From Lama guanicoe (Eukaryota): a stretch of DNA of 64,000 nucleotides. The stretch's first letter is position 1; each line of letters starts with the position of its first letter. The notes below the pieces were generated by a model that saw nothing but the letters and a program-made list of their open reading frames with translations, was not told the DNA's origin and searched no databases. Positions 37,570-51,519 of this stretch are shown here, one piece after another. The position numbers and the translations under genes were made by a program. The stretch spans positions 971,394 to 1,035,393 of the forward strand of contig MU055452.1 of the NCBI GenBank assembly GCA_013239625.1, read 5' to 3'.

Positions 37570-38126
37570 AAGGTGGTTGTGACTGTTTTCCCCGAAGATG
37601 GGTGCAGCAATGTCTCCCACCCCCACTCCCCCACACTCTTCTAGAACCTTGCCAGTCCCCCATCACGAGGTGGGGTCTAACTCCCTTCCCCTTGACATCA
37701 GGTGAGCTTTTGTGACTGTTTCCATGAACAGTCATGCTTGAAGTGATGCTACGTGAGACTTCCGAGGCCAGGCCATGCAAGATGAGCCACATTCCACCTG
37801 TGGTCCTCACGCGTGAAGCCTCCAGCCCTCTGGAAGCATTTTGACTGCCTTGAGGCCTCCATTTGTGAGGAAGCCTAAACTAGGCCACATGGAAAGGCTG
37901 CCCAGAGGCCCTGACAGCACGTGAGGAGACGGAGGTCCCCAGCCAGCAATCCGAGCGCTGGGCGCCGTCTGATCACAACCACATAAGAGACTCAAGCCAC
38001 AACTGCCCAGATGAACCTTTCCCAAGCTCCTCACCTACAGAAATCATGGGAAATTACAAAATGACCACTGTCTTAAGGCACTACATTGTGGGGTGATTTG
38101 TTATGCAGCACTGGATACCTGGATCA
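37570..38126 (+). mobile_element. MLT1G/H-like MaLR solo LTR
   Basis: gaagtgatgctacgtgagacttccgaggccaggccat...ggggtgatttgttatgcagca. Confidence 0.75.
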
Positions 38127-39972
38127 TGGGTTCCGGCCAAGTGTGTATTAGACAGGAAATGAAGTGGGAGTTGAGGTCACTGCAAATCACTTGAGGAAAG
38201 AAACAAGTCTGCCTGAACTTTTCTTTAAATTAAATGAATGGAATCCTCACCAGCTTGTGACTTCAAAATGATGCTAACCTCCCTTATCACAGACCAATGG
38301 TGAGGGCCCACGCTCCAGCAACCAGGTCACTGGCTGTCAGCAGCTCTGTGGTTCAACCTGCTCCTTCTGGGAGTCCCAGAGCGGTGCCCTCTCAGGCCTG
38401 CTAACAATGCTGCAATTTCCACCCTCCACTGCCCCCACTTCCTGCCGGAGCTTTCACTCCTCCTAGTCGGGAGTCACTGCCCACAAGGCCACCTGACGGA
38501 GGCGCTCTACTGCCACTGCTCAGTATCAAACACCAAGGAGCAGACCAAGGGCGTCCCCTCGGCAGGGCAGAGGTGAGGTGACCAGTCCTCCCCACGGCCA
38601 GCTCCTCACTGGGCTGCCTGGCCCCCCGGCAGCTGTAGTTGGATCCAGGGTCTCAAAAACTCTCACTTGAGTAGCCTCAGCCTCAAATCCCTTCCTCCAT
38701 CGTCGTTCAAAGAACAGGTGACGTAGCATCCCTCCTGTAGACCTAGAACTCCTCCAACCCACTCCCCCACATAAAACTCATCCATCCTCCCCTCACTGCA
38801 GAGCAAAAGCTCCCACGTATCCAGCGATGCTGGGTGGAAGCAGCGTGTTTTTTACACATCGAGGCCCCATGCAGCCCACCAAAACCGCTCTCCTAACCAG
38901 AATTATCTCAGCTGAAGCCCTCATCTCCACAGTGTATATCAGACCTCTGAAGAGCCAGAAATTCAGAAAAGGGCTATTTAAATTGCATTTCAGTGAAATG
39001 AGGGTGAAGGAATGGAAACACAAAAGCTGCTGACAATAAAACCCTTTCAGTTATGGGAATCCTTCCTGGTGGATGTTGTGAGAGCATCATTGCAAGTTTC
39101 ATTCTGGATGTGAGCAGACACCAGTGCCATTATGGGAACATATCACAGCAGAGTTATTTGCAAACTACTTTGATTTAAAAATGCATTTAAATGATGCCAT
39201 GCGAAAGGAGATGACTTTATACCCGGAGACTAGAAATCAGCTAAAAGCTGGTTATCTTGAGTCCAGGTCTACACGATTAGTTGAATCCATTGGTAGAAAG
39301 GTACTTTCATCAGGGCACTGGAGGGGTCTGAAAGGCCCACCATGGTTGGACTGAACATTTTTATAACCGTGCAGAACAGAATCTGGGTTGAAATTTGCAG
39401 CTGTTTCCCTACTTGGAGTGTCTAGACAAGACATTAAAGATAAGGAAACCATATTTCTTGAGACCTTATGAAAATTAAAAACATGATTTAAAAAAAAAAG
39501 TAAAGGTATAGCTTTAAAGACTTTGAGACAAGGAAAGACATGGTCAGTGTTAGAGAAAGTCAAAGGAAAAGGAGTTAGAATGGAAATGTTGAAAGGGAAA
39601 CGACTGTGATCACAGCCTGCGAATGAGATCTCATGGGAGACTCTCCCAAGCAGCAGCATATTCAACAGAGCTTACACCCATGGCTGCTCAGATTAACACT
39701 TCCCCTGGCCCCTACCTGCCCTGAGGTTTTTTAGGAAATAACCAGAATGTCCTAGACTGCCAACGGTACATCACTCCAGCAGAGAGATCTGTCTGACCCC
39801 CGTCCCTTTCCTCCCCTACCAGGGAAATGACGACCTTCTCTGGCTGGGCCCTCTTTTCCCTCTGTCTTCCATGACTTTGAGAACAATTAATTCAGTCCCA
39901 TGGAGGCCGACGTCACTACGTACCCAATCACCCGTCCAACAAACCCAGTTTTATCCTGGTATCCACCCTCCT

Positions 39973-40444
39973 CTGTGGCAGTTATATAATTTATGGGGGT
40001 TGAGTCCATCCTTATCCCTAGGAGTGTGTCCTAATTAGTCTAAGCCAGTGTTGGTGGTACCATTTCCTGGCCTGTGATTGGCTTAGGCAGGAACATATGA
40101 TAACACAATCCTGGCCAATGAGGTATGAGTGAGAGTTTATGGGGAGTTTTGGGGAACTATCTCTTTACTGATGAAAAGAGACACACAGTGGGAGATGCTG
40201 CTGCCTAGCAGGGAGATGCTTTGTCCCTAGATGTTGTCGGGTCCACTCATGATGCCAGGGCTGAGGTGACCATCCTGTGACAAAGGGGAGCCGAGGACAG
40301 AAAGAACCTGGGTCTTTGGTAATGTCACTGGGCTGCTGAATTGTCAGTCTTGGAGACACCCAGGGTTGGGTATATTTAATCCTTGATCCATTTCCAGTTG
40401 TTATTTCTGTTGCTTGTATCTGGAAATATACTAACTGACATACA
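39973..40444 (+). mobile_element. MLT1J/K-like MaLR solo LTR
   Basis: gattggcttagg...ctggccaatgag, ending actaactgacataca. Confidence 0.65.
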
Positions 40445-41310
40445 ATTTAACTTTCTTCCTCCTCCATTCTTCCTACGTGTGCCCAACTCATGCCTTAGGG
40501 AAAGGGAATTAGGGATGTTCCATCTCTTTTTCCTTTTTTATTCTTTATGTGAACCCAAAGATGGCTCTAATAAGTGCTGTGAAGTTTAGGAGACAGCTCA
40601 ACCTTGCACCTGTATCGTAGAAATAGAGATAGACCCTTGAATTTTAAAGTGAAACAAGACTTCAAGACCCAAAGCATTGGATCTAATTTCAGAGATCACA
40701 GATATTTTTGAAAATCTGATAAGAGCTGAGAAGTAACATCTTGGAAAAATGCACATGCCCACACAGTGTGCCCACATGCTAAGCTTTCAAAGAGGCTTCT
40801 GGAAGCACTACTGAGAATCCCTACAGCTGAAAGGATGTTCATGGTGCTGTGAGTGCAGACTATTCTAGATTGCTTTATTCAGGAAATGAAATGAAGAACA
40901 TTTTCTCCACCAGAATTCAGGAGGAGGCTTTAAAACAGAGCAGCGGGTCAGGAGGAGGGTAGGGGCATATGGTTCTCATGAGAGAAGTCATAAGAGACTG
41001 TAGTGTGTTCTCCCAAAGTTGGTGGAATAGGAGGGGGATTGGGGTGAAGGGAGAGGGACTTTGGATGACAACCAGGTGGGAAGGGGAAGAAGATCGGCAA
41101 CCACCCAGCTGGCAGACGGCCCTGTGTTTGATAGGCTTCTCCTTACGACCCCTCACATCCTCAGTGAAGTTTCCAAACTCGGGAAATGTTGAGAAAGGTT
41201 CGGTTTCATGCGGAAAACAGTGATGGGGCTAAAGTTCACATCTGAGTTTGATGTGAGGCAACACACACAGATGTGGAGTGTGGAGACAGCAGCATAAAGA
41301 AAAAAGTGTC

Positions 41311-41337
41311 TGTGTATATGTGTGTGTGTGTGTGTGT
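41311..41337. repeat. (TG)n microsatellite
   Basis: Directly visible. Confidence 0.85.
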
Positions 41338-41889
41338 TTAAGCATTAGGAATTGGAACTTGCAAAAATGTAACATCACCGGGCTGCTGCTGCTGAAGCAG
41401 ACTATCAATGACCTAATCCACTACACAGAGTGTTCAAGTCAAATGTGCCAAATCTCCAAGGGGCAGGAAGGTCCCACATGACATTCGGATCACACACAGC
41501 CCTGAGCTCAGCACCGTGCCCAGAACGACACAGTTAGCAAGGGTTGAGCTGGGAGCCCAAGCCCATTCTGATCAGATCCATAAAGTAAAGAGATGTGTTT
41601 TCAATGTTACTTTCTTTAACTCCTGGTATTGCTGCAATATCGTCTACTGATTTTTTTATTGTCACTAGGCAATAATTCAGCTGGATTCATTACTCTTTCA
41701 CCCATGTTACTTACTCAAGAGTCTATTATATGCATAAGGTATTCAAGGCTGGGTTTTGGTTTTCAGATCCTGACTTTCCTCTCCTCCCCTCTGGGATTTC
41801 TCAGCACAGGAGCTGCACTCACCAGGAAAGAGAACTAAACGGGAAGTAAAGCACTGCCACGTGAATACAGAGCAAGAGCCTGAGAACTG

Positions 41890-42018
41890 TGGGGACCAGG
41901 TGCCCTGGGTGGCCTGGAATGTGCCCATTTTGTGACTCTTTTCCCCGTATCCATATGAATAACCTGCCATTTCACTCTCAAAATGCCCCACTTGGGTGAT
42001 AGATATATGGTGACCCAA
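41890..42018. mobile_element. MER94-like hAT-Blackjack MITE
   Basis: tttcactctcaaaatg...tatatggtgaccc end resembles MER94. Confidence 0.5.
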
Positions 42019-43049
42019 CTAAGACTCCCAGTCTCAGGGACAAGCTGGTTTGGAGAAGGCAGCTCAGGGTAAGGGTCACTAAGTGGTCACTTGATTCTCA
42101 CTCAACCCCCAACCCGCTGAATCTCAGGTACCTGCATCCACAGCCTCCAACCTCAGGTGGAGAAAACAGACCGAAAGAGAGGTAGATCTTGCCAGGTGTG
42201 AGGACTGCACGGAACAGAAAGCAAAAGAGGGTGGCTGGGCCTGCCCTGAGAAAACAGGTTTTCCTTCAGCATACTCATCACATGGAGATGGGAAGGGCAA
42301 GAGGAAGTTCACCAAGGTGCCCTCACCTGTAACACGAGTGAGCTTGCCCCCGAGTAAAACGTGGCCCTGTGGATGTCTCGGGCTCTGACCAACCATACTG
42401 CCAATGCTTCCTTGCTTGGGAGGAGTTAGATGGGGGAGACAGCCTAGGACGACCCCCTCTCCCTGTGACAGGCAAAGCATCCGGCAAGGGTGCCTTCAAG
42501 ATGGAATAGGGCAGGTTCCTGGACACTAGGAGCATCTATGCTGTGGCCATGAAGTTGGAGGCGCAGTTCACATTTCATTATTTTACACACTGAAGAGCTC
42601 TGGATGCTGTATCTCTTCGCTGGGTTTCCCGACTCTACAGACACTATCCAGTTTGCAGGGGGTGTGGTGGGAAGTCATGTGCACCCACGGTGCGAGGTAG
42701 ACTGTGGGAAGAAGCCTAAGGGAGATCCAGATCGTGCTCTGGGTCCTTAGAGGAGGAGACTTCTGGAGGGAAACCTGGGAAGACTTTAGGTTCAGATGAG
42801 ATTTGAAAGAGAGAGCGGGGCTTCAATGTGTGGAAGTGGGAAAAGGAGAGCGTTCTAGACAGTCTTTTTTTTTTTTTTTGGTAGCAAGGGAAAAAAAAGC
42901 CAACTCAGACTGCTTCATGAAAAGTTTTTCTACAGGCAGAGAACAGGAGGCAGTGACTTGCCAGGTTCACCCAGGTAACCTTGCTTGGTAACCAAGCCAG
43001 GACTAGTAGTCTTTCTTCTGGCTTGACTGCATTATGAGGGAGGGGGAGA

Positions 43050-46000
43050 GGTGGGGCTCCTTGGATTCCAAGAAAAATAAACTCTCTCCAATGATCTCCA
43101 CTAAGAGAAAGTGTAGTTACTGCAAGGACTGTGCTCAGAAAGCCAGGGAAGCCTAAGATCCAGTCCTGGGAAAACTTTGGGATGGGAACATATAGGTAGA
43201 TGTACTTGGAAAACTTGACCTCTGATTCTCCTGAAGGCTCTGTGCCTGCAAGAGGGGCTCACTACCCCTGGTTAGCGGAAGCACTGCCCCCTGCTCGATG
43301 ACCATGCAGGAGCCTAAAATGAGACAGAGGCCTTAGAGGACAATGCTTGCCCTCCCCAGGATCTGCCCCACCTCTCCTCCTGGCCACCAGACCTACAAGT
43401 GGGGTTAATGTTTAGCCTAGCTGGAATCTTAGCATAGCTAGTTTGGTTGGGGAAGTGCTGGACACACACGCAAAGGAAGGAGAGGGACTGTGTGTTGAAG
43501 AAGCTGCAGCTCTTGCCTAATAAGTACCAGCAGGATCTGGGAGAATGTGCCTGGAAGGAGAGTCTGCTGGTGCTGCATCAAGGGGGTCAGAATCTAAACT
43601 AAGCAAGGGAGAGTTGTTGATATGAGCACTCTCTCCCATGACACAAGATTTAATATCCAGGGAAGGTCCTAGGGGCTTGTCCTGATACCCTGCTGAGATG
43701 ACTCTTAGAAGCTTGGGTAAAGCAAAGCCCACATTAAATGAAGTTGAAATGCCAAAAGATTCAAAAGGTGGGCAGCTAGAATAGGTCTAATGTATAAGAC
43801 TGAAAGACCCCCGAGCTGACTGTGTTCCCCAGGAGGGCCTGGCCTGGAGGTCACTCCATTTGCCAAGGCAGTAGGAATACTCCGGTAAGGGGGCACCAGA
43901 TTGTTGAGCATCTCAGTGCTGGCTGTCTGCTGTAGGCAGGGGATAAGTATTATTACCGAACTGGGCTCCCTGGTAGCCATGAGGATGATGGGATGTAGGG
44001 AGCACTAAGTCTTCAGGTGATAGCACTTAACCATCAGACTCAAGGTGGGCGTAACTACCAAAATGGATGACAACTTGGAATGGCAACAAATGGTGCCCAG
44101 CCTGCATAGATCTACAGATATAAATAATATAAGATGATGCTCCTACTAGCAAAATAGATGGTCAACTAAAAAGGGTAGGCTTTATACATAAAATCAGGAG
44201 TGATCAAGGATGAGCAGAAGGCCAAGCTCAGCCACCTCAACCAACAATCACAATCCCTTGCTCTGTTTCCAGACTTGAGCCAGTTCGTAGACTCAGAGCC
44301 CATCAGCTAAAGGAGATGCCAGGTCCCCATAAGGAAGAAGCCTGCAAAATCATGCCAACTGAATACAGGAGTGAATCTCTCAGTCTCTTCCCAGAGGAAT
44401 CCCCGGATGTTTACTCAGGTAACTGCACAATGGGGAAAGAGAAGTGCCCAGATCTTGGCACCAGAGAGCCATCACATCCCCCCTCCGAGACCGAGGCCTG
44501 TAAGGGTTGGGCAATAAGTGAAGCTCCCACCTAGCTTCATCTCACAGTGGGTCCGCTGGGTCCTTGGACCTATGTAGTGGTCATGTTTTCAGCTCCCAAC
44601 TGTTTAACTGCAAAGGACTTACTCCTCTCATTGGTTCCTTTACCAGTAAAATAAGAGCTCCTAAAACCATATCCACTCCTGCCAAGACAGTAAGTCACAA
44701 ATGGTATCACGCTTCAGGGGGATGACAGAGATTAAGCCACCCACAAAGGTCATCCCCAGTATAACCCCATTTAATTCAACAGCTTGGCCCCTGCAAACGC
44801 CAGACTGACCACAGTCTGATGACAGTAGTCTTCCACAAACTCCATAAACAATAGCCCTGTTGCAGCTGCTAAACCTGGTATGGTATCTCTGAGCAGATTA
44901 GCATAGCTCTGTAAGGGGTGTGGCAAATGCATTCTGTTCCATACAGACCAGTCTACATTCACATGGGACAGACAACAGTATACACTCATGGTCTTGCCCT
45001 AGGGTTATGTTAACTCACCTCCCTGCCACCACAGAGTCTAAAGGGACCTAGACTGGCTAGATACTCCTGGGAACATCATCTAGGTCTACTCTATAGATGA
45101 CATTATGTTAATTGAACCAGATGTGCAAGATTAATGGCAAGTACCTTGGATGAACAGTCACTTCAGAGAATGGGTCACACGAGGACTTGAGGGCCCAATG
45201 GTTCTGGGACACAGGGAGGCATTCTGTTCAAAGTAAAAGATAAAATTTTGTCCTTTTAATCTTCCATCTCTGTGAAAGTAACACAACACTGCATATGGTT
45301 CTGAGTTTTGGAGGTAGCATTTTGAGAAAAATGCTAAGATCCATTTTAGGGGTGACACTGAAAACTGATGGTTATGAGTGGGGCCCAGAACAAGAAAGGG
45401 CCCTGCAGCAAGTCCTAGTACAATCCTTGCAGCCCTGCTGTGTGGGGCACGTGACCGGTGGGTTCCCATGCTACCAGAGGTACCTGAGGAAGAAGAAGAA
45501 AAAGATGCTATGGGGAGCCTCTGGCAAGCCCCAACAGGAGAGGCACAGCACAGACCCATAGGGTTCTGGATCAAGGTCATATAATTGCAGGGAAGAAATA
45601 CATTCCACTCAAAAGAAGCAATGGGCAAACTACTGCATCCTGGCAGGGACTGAACATATGCCCATGGGACATCAAATGACCACGTGGCAGAACTGGCCAG
45701 TATGAGCTGGATAATGTCCGACCCACCAACTCATTAAGCTGGCAGGCTGAGCAGCAATCCCTCACACAATGGAAGTGGTACATCCAGGATCAGGTATAAA
45801 CGGGGCCAAAGGGGACAACTAAGCTGCATGACCAGGCGGCATGGATCTTCAAGCCACATCCATCAGTGTAGCACTGACGTCTCTCCTGCAGTGCACCTCA
45901 GACCCGATGACAGGTCCCCTAAGGCCAGCTGACAGAGGAAAAGGCCTGAGCTTGGCTGCTGGGTAGGGGGGCCCAGTGTGTGGGTGGATGGATACTGGTG

Positions 46001-46530
46001 CCCTGCACCCGTTGTCAGGGTGAAAGACTAGAGAGAAAGAGAATGTCCCTGATGTACGGGGTTTGGAGCAAAGTGCACCTGGTCATCCATCCACCTTGCG
46101 TGGTTAGAGAGTGGCCTGAGGTAAGAATACACACAGATGCATGAGTAGTGATAAGTGACTTAGGCAGTTGATTAGGGGCCTGGGAGGAACAAGATTGGAA
46201 GATCAGGAACAAGGAGATCCCGGGAAGAGGCACAGGGTGGACCTACAGGCGTAGGCACAAGTTGTGAGGATTTCTGTGCCGCATTTTAACACCCATCAGA
46301 GAAGATCTGCTCCAGAAGAGGCATTAAATGCTTAAGTGAACAGAATGACTCGGCCAGGAGTTGTGTCAGTCTCTGCCCCTGACCACCCAGTGTTTGCACA
46401 GTGGGCTCGTGAACAGAGCAGCCATGTGGCAGGGGTGGAGTCTGTGCTTGGGCCACTAGCTTGGGCGTCCACTTACCACTTGACACTGCTGAGGGTCCTC
46501 CCTGCCAGACATCACTGAGACCCCACCCCA
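43050..46530 (+). mobile_element. Decayed ERVL internal region (gag-pol remnant)
   Basis: RT motifs FTWDRQQYTLMVLP*GYVNSP (44958-45020) and YSIDDIMLI (45087-45113); YEWGPEQERALQQV; DAMGSLWQAPTGEAQHRPIGFW; integrase N-terminal AQWAREQSSH; many stops and frameshifts. Confidence 0.88.
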
Positions 46531-49221
46531 ACAAGCCCCGTCACACTTCCATCTGTTCCCTCCCTTACACAACGAGGGCTACACTTACAGCCCCCATGGC
46601 ATCAGGCATCAATTAGCTAAGGGTGGTCTTCACCAGCCAGAGATTCTACACTCAGCAGTAATTACAGACAGCGAGTTATTTCTGCAGAAGCCCACTCAGT
46701 GCAGCTCACTTTGTAAAAGGACAGGAAACTGCCTTCCAGGGGTGGAGCGTTGTCTGGGAAAACACCAACATTGTGGAATTAGGAGTCCCTTCATTCTACG
46801 CTGATCTAAAATGGTACCTTTTGAGGAATGCCTGGATGGCTATGACTTAATTCCCAAGATGCGCCTAGCAGGGCCCCAAAGGGCTCTTTAACCCGGCTCC
46901 AGAGTGGAGTCCCACAATCCTGATCTTCATTTTCCTGGAAGGCAGAGGGAAGCTAATCGCAGTGAGAGCCCCGGTACCTGGTACCTGGCATTCTCACACC
47001 TGCTATCACCCTGGACCTTGGGACAACTCCACAGATGACAGGAGTTCCCTGTGTTACTGGAAGGACCTGAAGCTCCAAGATGGACAGCCCATGGTCTTCA
47101 GCTGCTATGAGCCAGAATCTGTCCCATCCTTCTGCCTGCGGAGCCACTGGCCATGGCCTGCTTTTGTCAGAGTACCCTCTGGCCCCCTTTGGTTTGGGCC
47201 TAAAAACCCAACTGTAGTTTCATCACTTTTCTGTCTCACATTTAGAAGCCTAGAGTTTGGGGGTTGTCTCTTTTTCTTTCAGCAAGTGAATCACCATCTG
47301 ATGCCTCTCTGGAAAATGGAACAAACGAACCTGCTCAGAACTGAACCTCTACCTTCCCGGCCCCAGCCCCTTAGGTTTGGAGTTCTGTTTAAAGGAAGAA
47401 GTGCACGTGCGTAGGGCTGGTGAGAACACTGGCCTTGGGACTTTTCACGATGAAAGGCAGGAGCACACAGATGCTCCTGTCTCCTAGGCAGGTGAGGTCA
47501 CTCTGGCCCTGCACCTGGTTAGTTAACCCCTTCTGGGGGTGGCTCTAAGCCAGTAGCTGGGCACATGAAGAGATGCCTGGACAGGGTCCATCCCCACCAG
47601 GCTTCCAGCAGCATGTCCTGCTATCGCTCTGCCAGGGGAGAAGGAATTGATGTCAGCAAATGAGAGGGAGACACCAGGACTCAGAGTGACCCTGTCCTCT
47701 GCTCCAATTCCATGCACCCATTTGACAGATAGAGCTCAAGCTAAGGCTGAAGAGCAGGTGCTTGAAGCCCCTGGGAAAATGGGAAGAAGGATGCCTGAAC
47801 CCTAAACAAGATCCTAAAACAAGAAGTTGGTGGCCTGAATCTTTGGGGTGGGAGATATCCTGACGGCCCCAAATCCAGCCCCTAGTGCAGCACTATACTT
47901 GGTAGGTCTTCAGTAGCGGGTAGTGGTGGAATGTTGGAATGAAAGAGGACTTGAGCCCTTGTGGCCGGGAATCCTGTTTCCACAGGCTTCATATTAAGCA
48001 CCATTGTCTGTCTTTTTCTTTCCAGATTCCCCAGTCCTGGGGGGGCAGCCCTCTACCCTAAGAGAAACCGAGACATGGATGAGTCAGGACATTCCTTCCC
48101 TGCCAACTCACCCTGCCTGCCTGGGATCAGAATCGGTCAACGCCCATCTCAAACACACTGGTTCCACTGGCCAGCCACCACCTTCAGCTGATCCCCACCC
48201 AGTTCTGCCTTTAAGGGTGGCACCTGGTTCACTGTTCCTCGCAGGCCCACACCCTCTTTGCAGCTTCACCCTCTATTTTAACCCTCCCACAGAAGCATAG
48301 AAACAGATAATCCTGGCCCCTGGGAAGCACCTCCAGTTCTCAGAAGTCAGGTAAATGAGGACTGGTTTATACTCTGCATACTTCTGAAAGGACAGAAGGC
48401 TGCTTCTTACAATAAGAAGCAAATAGACAGTCCACTATCACTGCCAGGAATGAAACCACAGTAACGATCCGATGAAGTCCTTGTGTGTTTATTTGGCAGG
48501 GGGCAGGAATTTCTTGTATCAGAAATCCTGATTCAGGAAGAGTACTGCAACTTATACAAAAATCGTGCTCTGAGCCTCCTAGCAGGCAAGGGGAAAAGTG
48601 ATTTATGCTACTTTCATTATCAAATAAAAGAAAGTATACCATATCTTCTCAGGAACCCAGGTTCTCAGCAAATTTTTCTAACCCAAAGAGAGCCTTCAGA
48701 AAAATAAATATGGAGGGGAAGGAAAAAAAGCAAATTTACTCCCAGCTTTGATGCCTTGACTACTAAATGCTAATTAATTATTACCTGGAGACAGCAATGA
48801 ATTAGCATAAGCAGCAGCATTCATGGAAAGTTTTACAAAATACACCAAGTTATTTTCCCAGTGCAGTTTCAAAATCAACTGCAAAGCCTACAAAAATGCA
48901 AAACTCTGACCCCAACCTTAGACCTATAAAATCGGAATTGCTGGAGGGAGTGACCCACGAACATGCACTTCCCTTGTGCTCCCCCATGGAATTCCTGGAC
49001 ACCATAAAATTAGATAACTGATTCAGAATTTCCTTATACTTGGCAAGTGCATTCCAATTTGGACCAAAGAAAAGCTCCTCTTCCCTTACAACTGTAGCTT
49101 TAAGCAGCAAAAGATGGCCCCTCTCCCAGGACTATGCCAGCTGTATTGAAATGAGATGTTTGTAAGTCAAGCCTGCCTACTCGCACCTCCCCTACCCACC
49201 TACTCTCAGCTCCGCCCCGCT

Positions 49222-49745
49222 GTGTTAGTCCAGGTCCTCAGAGAAGTAGATGCCAAGAGGGATTCAACATGCAAGGATTTTATCAGAGGAAGTATATGTG
49301 GCAGGAAATAGAGAGGGAGCAGAGAAAGCTACAAGGTGAGTCTGACCCCCAAGTGGGGCCGCCAGATTTAGCAAATAGTCAGCATGCCCAGGTAAATATG
49401 AATTTCAGATAAACAACACATTATGTTTTACTATAAGGATATCTCATATAGTGTTTGGGACATACTTATACTAAGAATTGTTTGTTGTTTGTCTGAAATT
49501 CACATTTACCTGTGTGTCCTATATTGTATCCCACAGCCCTGACTCCAAGCAAAGAAAAAAGGTAGGTTGAGTGGGAGCATCCTGTGATGTCTAAGGAAGG
49601 TGCAGCCAAGCCATCGGGGAGTCCTTGAGCTAAAGTTAGGGGACATCCGAGCAGTCCCCTGTCTCTCAGCAAAGGACTGGCCTTAGTATGCCTTCTGTAC
49701 TCAGTATTGGTGGGTCGTGGGAAGTGCTGTGGCCTCAGCACAAGG
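49222..49745 (-). mobile_element. ERVL-class (LTR16/LTR33-like) LTR interrupted by MER53
   Basis: tgtgttagtccaggtcctcagagaagtagatgccaaga start; the element continues after 49541. Confidence 0.55.
49354..49541. mobile_element. MER53 palindromic hAT MITE
   Basis: Long inverted repeat gaatttcagataaacaac / gttgtttgtctgaaattc; core gggacatacttatactaa; degenerate 8-bp TSD cccccaag / actccaag. Confidence 0.85.
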
Positions 49746-50339
49746 GAGGGGTGGATTCAGGATCCAGGAGCCGGGGCCCTGGGGTCAGTTAAGCTCTCCG
49801 TACTTGGAAGTCTCCAAGGCACACACTCAGAGCCGCCACACCCCAACACACAGCCCAGAGCCAGCAGCAGCTGCCATTGGACACCTGTCTTCCAGCCCCA
49901 CCTCAACCTCCTTGAAAAGATGTCAAGGAAAAACATCTCTGCACTAGTTGCCCTCTCCCTACACTCCCTACCCCATCTCATAAGTACATTGGAAAGAGAG
50001 ATGAGGTGATGGGCCCAGTACTTCCTCAGTTCCCTCTGGCTGCCCCCAAACAGTAGAGGGAAGCCACTGCCTAACCCCACATCCCAGACAGAGCGCCGAC
50101 CTGGAGTCAGGCCCTGCCAGCTCGGGCCCTGAGGGCAGGCAGGGGGCCTCCCCAGAGGCCAGCCAGGTCTCCTGGAGAAAGGAACTAGATCACACTTCCC
50201 TCCAGACATCTGTCTTACGTCTGACAAAGGTCTCAAACTTTAAAGTCAAGATTTTGTCAACTTTATTCTTGGTCTTGGTCCCTGCAGCCTGAGCTTTGGA
50301 AAGCCTTCAGAGAATGAGTGAGGAAATTCAGGTTCGTGC

Positions 50340-50730
50340 AGTTCTCTGACAATCCTTGCACCAGCTCTGTGCACCCTTCCCCCAGCTTCTGCGTGCTTTG
50401 CTCTGGGGCTGACCCCTGCAACTCTCAGGAGATTGCACGGAGCCCCCTCGCCCTTACAGAGAGCCTCTCGCTCACCTATAACCAAGAACTCTCTTCGTGG
50501 GAGGACAAACACCAGCTCTTCTGCCTCCAGGTGAGACAAGCCGAGGGCTCTTGTGATGCCCAGGATCTGCCCGAGGCTGCGCTTCACCCGAACTCTCCCC
50601 GTGGAGGCAGAGGGCTCCTTCCCCTCCCTCTCCTGCTTTCCCCACTGCCTAGGTTCTCCAGAGAACACTCCCTTCATAAACTGCTAGCACCAAGTTCTTG
50701 ACCAGGTTCTAGAAGAATCTGACCTGAGAC
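50340..50730 (+). mobile_element. LTR16-family solo LTR
   Basis: gaacactcccttcataaac...agaatctgacctgagac 3' end. Confidence 0.55.
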
Positions 50731-51519
50731 TGAAAACACAAGTCTTTAAATGTCACTGGACACAGGCTTATGAGTTGGGCTGTCCCCTCTATCTTCAGAG
50801 CTGGACGTCAACAGGAGTGTTTGGGACGCCAAGTCACAGTTGGAGAAACTGGGCATTCAGGAGGTGAAGAGACCTGCCCAGCCTCACGGCAAAGGCAAGT
50901 GCTGGGACTCTGCCTCCGATCTGTTCCTCTGAAGCTAAGCTCCAGCTGGCTCTCTCTGCCTCGCCGATCAAGGCTGGTTAGGAGGTGTTTCTACTTGTTT
51001 GTCTTTTAAATTCAAAAACACTTTAATTCAAAGCTCACCCGTTAATGGCAGTGCCAGGATTCCACCCCAGAGTGGTTGGTTCCATCCTGGGCAGAGTTCT
51101 GGAGGCAATGGCCATCTGCTCCCTTGACAATTGAGCCTGGTATTCAAATGTGGCTGGTGGTGACAGGGGATGGGTAAACACCATACCCCAAAGGCGGTGG
51201 CAGGGCAGAGAAGTGCACTTTCAAATGGAGCAACAAATCCCAGCTTCAGACTCCCAGAGGAGGTGTTCTCAGCTGGGGGCCCTGGTAATGTCTTGGGGGA
51301 TGAGCTGAGACTGCTCACCTTCACCAGGTTTCCCCAGGCAATCCTGGTCTGCTCCGTTCTCATCTCCATGACCTCTCTCTCTCTCTTTGTGCTCCAATGA
51401 CTCTGAACACACAGAGCTGCTCCACCCCTCCCGCCCTCGGCTTGACTTGTTCCCCTGCCTGCACTGCCCTCTCCATGTTCCACTCTGTAAACAAATCTTA
51501 CACCATCTATTATATTGAT

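Noticed and set aside
44300-46520. Domesticated or intact retroviral pol gene
   Set aside because: In-frame stop in the LPQG motif (LP*G) and many frameshifts; only short motif islands remain.
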